A stretch of DNA of 12,511 nt from Elusimicrobiota bacterium (GTDB taxonomy: Bacteria > Elusimicrobiota > Elusimicrobia > UBA1565): assembly GCA_043819795.1 (NCBI GenBank), contig JBDREN010000035.1, positions 1 to 12,511 on the forward strand, given 5' to 3'. Each line of letters begins with the position of its first letter. The stretch's first letter is position 1. The notes under the pieces were generated by a model that worked only from the letters and a program-made list of their open reading frames with translations, ran no database searches and was not told the DNA's origin. This document shows, piece by piece, positions 5,890 through 12,511 of the stretch. A program made the position numbers and the translations under genes.

Positions 5890-7649
5890 AATCGGCATTT
5901 GCTCGCGGAATCGATGTCGAGCGCGACTGAGAGGAGCTTCAGCTCCGCCTTCTCCGCCAGGTTCGAGAACTCGCTGGCCCGGTCCGCCGGGACGTCTCCG
6001 TCCTTCAGGTGCATCATCTTCAGGCAGAGATAGGCGGCGAAGCCGGGCCGGGAGACGTGCAGCCGGCGGAGCTTCTCGGTGGCGGGATGGTCGAGGTGGA
6101 GCAGGGCCCACCGGCGCGAGCGGCCCCGGAAGAGCGAGGAGACGGGCCGCGCGTTCGCGGGCGAGAGGGCGCCCGGCTCCTTCTGCGTCACGAACATCTG
6201 CCCTTTCAGGGGGGAGGCGGGATAAGCGAGGTCGGCGGCCGCGATCCCGCGGTATTTCGAGCCCGAACGCTCGTCGAGGGCCCGCAGCGTCGCTAGGAAA
6301 GAGCGCATGGGCGCGGCCAGCTTCTGGTCGGCGATGACCCGCGGCTGGATCAGCGCCCCCGAGGCCTTCGCCGCTTCGGCCCCGAGCCAGCGCGCCAGGG
6401 GCTCGACCCAAGGCCCGGCGGGGAGGACGCTGATTCCTTGATTCTCCAGGGCCCGGGTGATCCGGTTGGGGGAGTCGTCGAAATAGAGCTTGCCGCCGGC
6501 CTCGCTCACGCCGTCCTCCAGCCGCGCATACGTCAGGGGCTTGCCCGACAGGCCGGGGTAGACGGCCCAGTCCGAGCGCCACCAGCGGGAGAAATGGCCC
6601 GAAAGCAGCCATTCCAGATAGGGGAGCCGCTCTCCCCACCGTCCCGATAGGCGCGCGAGCTCGGGATCCTTTTTGGTCCCATCGGACCCGGCTTTGGAAG
6701 GGAAGCGCGACGCGAGCCGGGAGATCTCGGCCGCCAGGGTCCGGAGCTCCACGCGCAGGCGCGCGGGCAGCTTGCGCTCGACGAGGGCCTCCAGGATCCC
6801 CATGAGCTTGCGGAAGTTCTCGTCATCCATGACGTTGTCGCGCGTCAGCGTATGCTCGAGGTAGCGCGATTTCGCCTTGAAGGCGACCCCCGCGAAGAAC
6901 TCCTTGCTCCCCTCTTTGAGCGTCAGGCCGCGGTTATAGAACCCGTAGAAGGGGGGCTTGTCGGCGGTGAAGCCGATCTCTATGCGGGTGCCCTCCTCCT
7001 TATGAGTCAGCGACGCGCCGCCGAGCCCGAAGGGCTCGCTGATGATCTCGGGCGCGGCGTCCGGGCCCCCCACCCGGAAATAGATCCGCGCCTCGGAGTG
7101 CTTGCACCAGTAGCGGATGGTGTCGCGCGCGTCCTTGGCGAGCTTCTCGAACCGGGGGCGGTCCATCGTCTTCGTGAGCTCGACGAGCGTCCCCTCGCGC
7201 ATCTCGGAGAGGCGGTACTTTTCGTAGCGGCGGTAGTCGGGGAAGTCGATACGCCAGCTCTCGCCGTTGCGCGCGGTCCGCACGCGCACCAGGTCGGGAC
7301 GGAGGGCGAAGACCGAGACGAAGCCGATGCCGAACTTCCCGATCTTCGTGTAGTCGTCCTCCTTGGTCGAGCGGAACAGGACGAGGAGGAAGTTGTCGAT
7401 GATGTACTCGTCCATGCCCTCGCCGTCGTCCTCGACCCGGATCAGGGCCCGGGCGCCGTCGTGCTCGAGCGAGACGTCGACGCGGTTGGAGCCGGCGTCG
7501 ATCGCGTTCTGGATGAGCTCCCGAAAAAAGTTGAGGGGCTCGTCGAACTGGTCGACGAGGTCCTTCACCAAGCTCGGGACCGAGGAGGCGGGGGCGCCGC
7601 GGGGCCGGACGTTGCGCCCGCGCGGGGGCCTAAGCCTTTGGGGCTCCAT
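5886..7649 (-). CDS. Hsp90/HtpG-like GHKL ATPase (587 aa)
   Basis: Intact GHKL motifs: N-box FFRELIQNAIDAG, G1 EDDGEGM, lid/G2 STKEDDYTKIGKFGIGFVSVF, G3 EGTLVEL; middle-domain TLTRDNV and C-terminal LHLDHP. AAGGA 8 nt upstream of ATG 7649; overlaps the AAA gene by 20 nt. Too divergent after the ATPase domain to call htpG. Confidence 0.9.
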   Translation of the reverse strand: MEPQRLRPPRGRNVRPRGAPASSVPSLVKDLVDQFDEPLNFFRELIQNAIDAGSNRVDVSLEHDGARALIRVEDDGEGMDEYIIDNFLLVLFRSTKEDDYTKIGKFGIGFVSVFALRPDLVRVRTARNGESWRIDFPDYRRYEKYRLSEMREGTLVELTKTMDRPRFEKLAKDARDTIRYWCKHSEARIYFRVGGPDAAPEIISEPFGLGGASLTHKEEGTRIEIGFTADKPPFYGFYNRGLTLKEGSKEFFAGVAFKAKSRYLEHTLTRDNVMDDENFRKLMGILEALVERKLPARLRVELRTLAAEISRLASRFPSKAGSDGTKKDPELARLSGRWGERLPYLEWLLSGHFSRWWRSDWAVYPGLSGKPLTYARLEDGVSEAGGKLYFDDSPNRITRALENQGISVLPAGPWVEPLARWLGAEAAKASGALIQPRVIADQKLAAPMRSFLATLRALDERSGSKYRGIAAADLAYPASPLKGQMFVTQKEPGALSPANARPVSSLFRGRSRRWALLHLDHPATEKLRRLHVSRPGFAAYLCLKMMHLKDGDVPADRASEFSNLAEKAELKLLSVALDIDSASKCRL

Positions 7650-9249
7650 CGGGGGCGTCCTTCTTCGCGGACTCGGCGTCGAGGCCCGGGCCGCCGAGAG
7701 CGGCGCGCTGCGCCGACAGGTGCAGGCGGATCTCCGACACCCGCCTTCGGAACCGCTCTTCGGCGCTCTTCTCCTGCGAGGACTTCTCGAACCGGATGTG
7801 GCCGGTGATGAACTCGCCGATCTTCTCCGCGCCGACCGGGCGCGAGAGCTCGTCGATGAGCCGCTTCTTCTCCTCGAAGGGCATGGAGAAATAGTCCTCG
7901 GGCTCCTCGAAGTCCTCGATCTCCGTGAGGACCCGTCCCGCGACGGAGTCGATCGAGCGCCCCGAGAGCCCCTCGGCCACGCACCTCTCGCCGATGGCCG
8001 CCCACTCCTCCTCGGAGACGGGCAGCAACCGGTCCTTGCCGCGCAGCTTGATGTCGCGCAGCAGGCGGACGTAGTCCTCGGGCGAGACCGGCCCGCGGGC
8101 TTGCAGCGGCGTCTGCGCCAGGCGGCTGATCATCGCCGCGTCCATGTGCATCGTGTTGGCGTCGCAGAGGAGGAACCACTTCCCGTTCTTGGGACCGACG
8201 GTGCCGTCGAGTATCCCGAAGAGGGTGCCCAGGTTCGATTTCTCCTCCTGGCGCAGCTGGCTGTCGCCGCGGGCGGAGAAGGCCGTGTCGATGTCGGGCC
8301 AATAGGCCCCGCAGACCCCGGGGGCGTTGAATACCTCGTCCCGGAAGATCTCGAGCAGGCGGTTGGCCGACTGGTTCTGGTAGGACGAGGCCCAATCCGT
8401 CCGCCGGATGACGCGCGCCTTCGCGGGCACCTTATGCCGCTCGCACAGGTCGAGGAAATAGCGGAACACGGCGTGGGCCGTCACCGTCTTCCCGCAACCG
8501 GGGGAGCCCAGGACGAAAAGGATCTGGTTGCGCACCTTCTTCGGGTTGGCCCCGCGCGAGAGGTCGAAGCCGGCGACGTCGCGGGCCAGGCGCTTGGCGG
8601 CCGCGACGTACGCCTCGTTGCCGACGATGTCGTCGAGGGAAACGTCGAGCAGCCCCGCGGCCTCCTCCAGAGCGGTCGGCGAGGCCCGCCACCCGTCGAA
8701 CCGGAGGCGCGGGGTCTCCAGGCGCAGGTCGAGACGCTCGGGCCCGAGGCGGCGCAAGGCGCCCGAGAGCAGGTGGAAGTAGGAGCGCAGGCAGCGCAAC
8801 GACTCGCCGTCGCGGCTCAAGCGTCTCGCGGAATCGGGGTGCCCGGCGTAGAAGCGCACGAACCCGGCGCAGTCCTTGAGCACCGCCGGGAACAGCGACT
8901 CGGGCCGCATCCGGCCGAGGTCCTTGTACTGGTCGGGCCTGAGCGAGCCGGTCGGCTCGGAGGGCCCCGGAGCGTCGGCCAGCGCGAGCAGGCGGCCGAG
9001 GGCCTCCTGCGCCATCACGTAGGCGAAGAATACGGGCCCCGCGGATTCCAGCTTCGGCAGCCTCGCCGCCGCGGCCGCGGCCGCGGCGGCCCGCACCAGG
9101 GCGTCCAGCAGTTCGAGATTGAGCGAGGTGGTGCCGAAGGCGCCGCCGTCCACGTCCGCCAGCAGGCCGGGCAGCCCGGACGCGCGGACGGCCTCCCGCG
9201 CCATCGGGACCTCCCGCTCGACGTCGGAGCTCTGCAGGCGTTCGTTCAT
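7630..9249 (-). CDS. Classical-clade AAA+ ATPase with atypical Walker B (about 539 aa)
   Basis: ATG 9249 overlaps the upstream TGA (ATGA). LDDIVGNE N-linker, Walker A GSPGCGKT (8485-8508), pore-loop-like SSYQNQS, Walker B position GAYWPDID (8287-8310), ILDG, sensor-1/SRH LCDAN...MDAAMISRL, lid GLSGRSI. Confidence 0.88.
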   Translation of the reverse strand: MNERLQSSDVEREVPMAREAVRASGLPGLLADVDGGAFGTTSLNLELLDALVRAAAAAAAAARLPKLESAGPVFFAYVMAQEALGRLLALADAPGPSEPTGSLRPDQYKDLGRMRPESLFPAVLKDCAGFVRFYAGHPDSARRLSRDGESLRCLRSYFHLLSGALRRLGPERLDLRLETPRLRFDGWRASPTALEEAAGLLDVSLDDIVGNEAYVAAAKRLARDVAGFDLSRGANPKKVRNQILFVLGSPGCGKTVTAHAVFRYFLDLCERHKVPAKARVIRRTDWASSYQNQSANRLLEIFRDEVFNAPGVCGAYWPDIDTAFSARGDSQLRQEEKSNLGTLFGILDGTVGPKNGKWFLLCDANTMHMDAAMISRLAQTPLQARGPVSPEDYVRLLRDIKLRGKDRLLPVSEEEWAAIGERCVAEGLSGRSIDSVAGRVLTEIEDFEEPEDYFSMPFEEKKRLIDELSRPVGAEKIGEFITGHIRFEKSSQEKSAEERFRRRVSEIRLHLSAQRAALGGPGLDAESAKKDAPDGAPKA

Positions 9250-10262
9250 GCCGCGTACACCACGTTGTTGGTCCCCGCCTCCATGAGCTTGATCCGCAGA
9301 GCCGGCAGGGCCGGCTTGGTGCACGCGAACTTGCGCTCCTTGTGCACCCGGTAACGGAAGCGGCGGACGGCCTCATCGATGACGGGCCGGCTCGCGTCCG
9401 ATAGGAAGTCTCGGAACAGGGTCGAGAAAGGGTCGTTGTCGAGGTCCACCTCGTGGCCGGTCGAGGCCCGGTCGAGCGGGCAGTGCAGGATGAAGGCGTC
9501 CGAGGCGTCCCGGGGGGACCAGCCGGGGGGCGCGGGGGACCAGGGGCTCCAGAGCGGCCCGATGCGCCCCCGCGACACCTCCTCGACGCGAACGCCCTCA
9601 AGCTTGCCCAGGAGCAGGAACATGATCTCGCTTTCGTCTTGCGCGAACTTGTCCATCGTCTCGCGGAACGCCTGCGTCTGCTTCGTGTAGTCCCCGGAGC
9701 GCTCGAGCAGCCGGCTGCCCCAAACCCGGTCCGTCTGCTCCAGGAGCAGCGTGTAGCGCACGAAGTAGCCCTCGGCCGCGTCGAGGCGGTCGAACACGAC
9801 CTCGAAGGCGGCGCAGCCGCGTCCGGGATAGACCCGCCGCAGGCGGACGGACAGGTGGTGTATGGGCGGAAGATGGACCTTGACGAGCTCCCGGTAGTAG
9901 GCGACCTTCGCCGCCACGCGCGGGGTCAGGCTGCGGCCGGACGCCGCGCGGGCCTCCTGGGCGGCGAGGAACTCCCCGGCGATCTCGCGGTCCACCTGGA
10001 CCGTGAGGACGTCTTTGAGGCGCGGGAGGCCGGTCGTGCGGTCGATCCGGACGCCTCCGTAGAGGCCGCGGCGCACCGAAGGCGCCATGAGGCGGAAGCG
10101 GTCGGCGCAGCCGAAGGGGTCCGGGTACCACTTGTTGAGCCGCGCGGCCAGGACGAGGCGGGAGGAGGTCTGAGCGTAGCGCTCCAGGTCCTCCCCCCGC
10201 AGCAGGACGTAGCGCTCCGCCGGCGACAAGCGCGGGCGGCGCGCCACGGCCTCATCCGGCAT
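9246..10262 (-). CDS. Hypothetical protein (338 aa), soluble alpha/beta
   Basis: Natural amino-acid composition; overlaps the upstream gene by 11 nt and the downstream gene by 4 nt; no motif I recognise. Confidence 0.85.
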   Translation of the reverse strand: MPDEAVARRPRLSPAERYVLLRGEDLERYAQTSSRLVLAARLNKWYPDPFGCADRFRLMAPSVRRGLYGGVRIDRTTGLPRLKDVLTVQVDREIAGEFLAAQEARAASGRSLTPRVAAKVAYYRELVKVHLPPIHHLSVRLRRVYPGRGCAAFEVVFDRLDAAEGYFVRYTLLLEQTDRVWGSRLLERSGDYTKQTQAFRETMDKFAQDESEIMFLLLGKLEGVRVEEVSRGRIGPLWSPWSPAPPGWSPRDASDAFILHCPLDRASTGHEVDLDNDPFSTLFRDFLSDASRPVIDEAVRRFRYRVHKERKFACTKPALPALRIKLMEAGTNNVVYAA

Positions 10263-11334
10263 CTTTCCGCGCCGCCTCGAACGCCCCGTACTCCTTGCGG
10301 GCGAGGTCGATGGTCTCGTTGATCCGCTGCTCCTTGATCTCGCGCTCGGCGGCGAGGTTGTTGGCCACCAGATCCTCGGTCGCCTTGTCGTAGACGTTCA
10401 TCTCCTGGGTGAGCCGGTCCACGTTCTGGGTGAGATAAAGCGACGTCTCGGAGGCGAGCACCGCCAGGCGGTTGACGCTGTCCTTGAGCGACTGCATGGA
10501 CTTGTGCATCTCGATGGAGAGCTCGCCCGCCTTGGCCATGGACGCCAGTCCCGCGAGGTTGCCGTGCAGCTCGTTGAGCACCTCGTTGCCGGCCTCGTAG
10601 AGGCTGCCCATGTTGCCGTGGAGGTTGGACATGATCTCCAGGAAGTTGTTGTTCATGTTGATGATCGCGGCCAGCCGGTCCTCCGCGTTGGAGTAGAGGC
10701 GCAGCCTCGCCCCGTGCTCCCAGATGGCCTTCTTGAAGTCGCTGATCTTGGCGGAGATCTCGCGCGCCTCGAGGCTCTTCTGGTCGGCGAGGGCCTTGAG
10801 CTGCTCTTCGAGCTGCATGCGGAAGGACTCGAGCTCCAGGACGTACTTCGCCGCGCGCTCCTCGTTCTGCGCCGCGACCACCATCTTCTTGTTGAGGCGG
10901 ACGATGTCCTCCTGGAGGTTCTTGATGTCGTTCTGGAGCGTGTCGATGTAGTTTCCCACCTCCTGCACCCGCTTCTGGGCGAGCTCGACTTTCTCGCCCA
11001 GCAGCTCCTTGAGGTCGCGGCTCGGCGCGATAGCCCGGATGATGGGGATCTTATGGAGCAGCCCCTTGATGTTGGTTCCCACCTGGTCGAGCGTCACGAT
11101 GTTGCCCAGATAATCGAGCGCCGACTTCTGCTCGGCCAGGTCCTGGGTCATCTCCGTGGAGAGCCGGCTGTAGGCCTTGGAGAGCTCGTCGAACTTCTTC
11201 AGGTTGATCTGATGCTTCGACTGATAGTCGGTCAGCATCGTCTCGAGCGACTGGCGGGAGTATCCCTCGCCGTCGTAAGCGATCTGCTTCTTGAGGATGT
11301 CCTCGCCGGCTGCCGTCTTCTGTTCAGGTGCCAT
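10252..11334 (-). CDS. Long alpha-helical coiled-coil protein (360 aa), possibly distant TelA/KlaB family
   Basis: AGGAGG 4 nt upstream of ATG; heptad patterns (IDTLQNDIKNLQEDIVRLNKKM, LEEQLKAL); amphipathic IKGLLHKIPIIRAI segment; very few prolines. The CDS is secure; the family call is by overall resemblance only. Confidence 0.9.
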   Translation of the reverse strand: MAPEQKTAAGEDILKKQIAYDGEGYSRQSLETMLTDYQSKHQINLKKFDELSKAYSRLSTEMTQDLAEQKSALDYLGNIVTLDQVGTNIKGLLHKIPIIRAIAPSRDLKELLGEKVELAQKRVQEVGNYIDTLQNDIKNLQEDIVRLNKKMVVAAQNEERAAKYVLELESFRMQLEEQLKALADQKSLEAREISAKISDFKKAIWEHGARLRLYSNAEDRLAAIINMNNNFLEIMSNLHGNMGSLYEAGNEVLNELHGNLAGLASMAKAGELSIEMHKSMQSLKDSVNRLAVLASETSLYLTQNVDRLTQEMNVYDKATEDLVANNLAAEREIKEQRINETIDLARKEYGAFEAARKDAG

Positions 11335-11381
11335 GGGGCCTCCTACGCGCCGCGTCCGCTCCGGGACGGCTGTCCGTCCAG

Positions 11382-11410
11382 AAAATAAGGTAGCAAAAAG
11401 AATCCCGCAA
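11382..11410 (-). promoter_or_regulatory. Putative sigma70-type promoter of the five-gene operon
   Basis: Minus strand TTGCGG (11410-11405), 17-nt spacer, TATTTT (11387-11382), in a local AT-rich patch 47 nt upstream of ATG 11334. Confidence 0.5.
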
Positions 11411-11598
11411 TAGGTAGCGGAGTTTCCGGCCCGCCACGGCTCTGGCGAAGCGGGGGCAAGCGGGCTATCCTAACGTGTCGCACGGGGGGGGGCGGGATCC
11501 GGAGTCGGTCAGCGGGACCGACCTTTTCACCGTACGCCGGGTGGTGACCAAGGAGGGCGGGACGCGCTGCTAAGAGCGCCTGAAAAAATCCCCGAGGG

Positions 11599-12510
11599 TC
11601 AGGCTTCCGGATCGCGCGGGATGGTGAAGATGAACGTGCTTCCCTTTCCCATCTCGCTCTCGACCCAGATCTTTCCCCGATGGAGCTCCACGAGCTCCTT
11701 GGCGATGGCCAGGCCCAGGCCCGTCCCCTCTTCCTTCTCCGCGGTGATCCGGCAATACTTGTCAAAAACCTTCTCTCGGTAGTCTTCCGGGATCCCGGGA
11801 CCCGAGTCCCAGACCTCCACCCGCACCTTCTCGCCGTCGCCCGTGAGCTTCACGCCGATAGAGCCTTCTTCCGGGGTATACTTGCTCGCGTTGGTCATGA
11901 GGTTGGCCAGGATCTCGCTGAGCTTGTCCCGATCGGCCCGGATCTTCCCGATCCCGCCCGGCATGTCCTTCTTGAAGGTCTGCCGTTTCAGGACCAGCCT
12001 TTGATGGAAGGAAGCCGCGATCTCGTCGATCAGCGGGATCAGCTCGATGTCTTCAAGCCGCATATCGATCTTTCCTGCCTCGATCTTGGCGAGGTCCAGC
12101 AGGTCGCTCACCAGCCGGCCCAGGCGCTCCGCGGCTCTGTGGCCCATCGTGAGGATGTCCCGCTGTTCGGCCGTCACCTCGCCCATCGTCCCTTCGAGGA
12201 CCATCCCTAAAGCCCCTTGGATCACCGCGATGGGGCTCTTGGATTCGTGCGAAACGTGCGCCACGAACTGGGACTTCAGCTCGCTGAGCCGCCGCAGCTT
12301 CTCGTTGGCGGACTGCAGCTCATCCTCGATCCTCTTGCGCTTGACGAAATCCCACATACGGCCGACGTACAGCATGAGCTGGCGGAGATCGGTCTCGTCA
12401 TAAGGGGCGTCTTTGTTCCCTACGCCGGCCACCGCGACGATGTCGTGCCTGTCCATGATGGGGACGCTCATGTGGCGGATGAGGTGGGAATGGCCCTCGG
12501 GATATCCCTT
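11599..12510 (-). CDS. GAF-domain sensor histidine kinase (5' end outside window)
   Basis: Frame is open past the ORF-track ATG to the window edge (KGYPEGHSHLIRHMSVPI...VAGVGNKDAPYDETD, a GAF C-terminal half). H-box FVAHVSHESKSP, N-box ILANLMTNASKYT, G1 DSGPGIP, F-box VFDKY, G2 GTGLGLAI. Confidence 0.95.
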   Translation of the reverse strand, partial: KGYPEGHSHLIRHMSVPIMDRHDIVAVAGVGNKDAPYDETDLRQLMLYVGRMWDFVKRKRIEDELQSANEKLRRLSELKSQFVAHVSHESKSPIAVIQGALGMVLEGTMGEVTAEQRDILTMGHRAAERLGRLVSDLLDLAKIEAGKIDMRLEDIELIPLIDEIAASFHQRLVLKRQTFKKDMPGGIGKIRADRDKLSEILANLMTNASKYTPEEGSIGVKLTGDGEKVRVEVWDSGPGIPEDYREKVFDKYCRITAEKEEGTGLGLAIAKELVELHRGKIWVESEMGKGSTFIFTIPRDPEA

Positions 12511-12511
12511 C

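Noticed and set aside
5890..6639. N-terminal 250 aa of the 1108-aa ORF-track call (3313..6639)
   Set aside because: Overlaps the Hsp90-like gene in another frame and is Arg/Pro/Gly-rich shadow sequence; the ATGA-coupled start at 5889 (or ATG 5898) is more plausible.
5886..7649. Calling this gene htpG, mutL or a MORC/sacsin defence ATPase
   Set aside because: The GHKL motifs are Hsp90-like, but I do not see the canonical HtpG N-terminal (F.AE...LL.L...SLYS) signature, MutL's GFRGEAL motif, or a fused nuclease domain.
7630..9249. Calling the AAA protein ftsH
   Set aside because: No transmembrane segments and no HEXXH protease domain after the AAA module.
9250..9324. N-terminal extension of the AAA ORF to 9324
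   Set aside because: Lies inside the upstream gene; ATG 9249 forms an ATGA overlap with its stop.
44..12403. Long plus-strand and alternate-frame ORFs (e.g. 44..883, 4241..6337, 7363..9354, 9453..10322, 10504..11388, 2232..2984)
   Set aside because: Mostly antisense or off-frame shadows of well-supported minus-strand genes, expected in high-GC DNA; biased composition and no recognisable motifs.

Overview
GC-rich bacterial DNA with every credible gene on the minus strand. In transcription order (right to left): (1) a GAF-HisKA-HATPase sensor histidine kinase, truncated at the right edge; (2) a five-gene operon with overlapping stop/start codons (11334->3313) encoding a long coiled-coil protein (possibly TelA/KlaB-like), an unknown 338-aa protein, a classical-clade AAA ATPase with an aberrant Walker B, an intact Hsp90/HtpG-like GHKL ATPase, and a larger catalytically degenerate Hsp90-like paralog with an apparently duplicated middle module; (3) a 96-aa membrane-protein gene bracketed by a diverged duplication of the last 160 bp of the operon plus a promoter-like block; (4) a large secreted protein missing from the ORF track (starts at 2008, runs off the left edge). 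That protein has a repeated carrier module: the first copy is interrupted by an ALK/LTK-type Gly-rich domain, thrombospondin type-3 repeats follow, and the second copy continues into a different Cys-containing domain. The best candidate for an undescribed system is the coiled-coil/AAA/Hsp90/pseudo-Hsp90 operon. All family calls come from motif recognition by eye; no searches were run.
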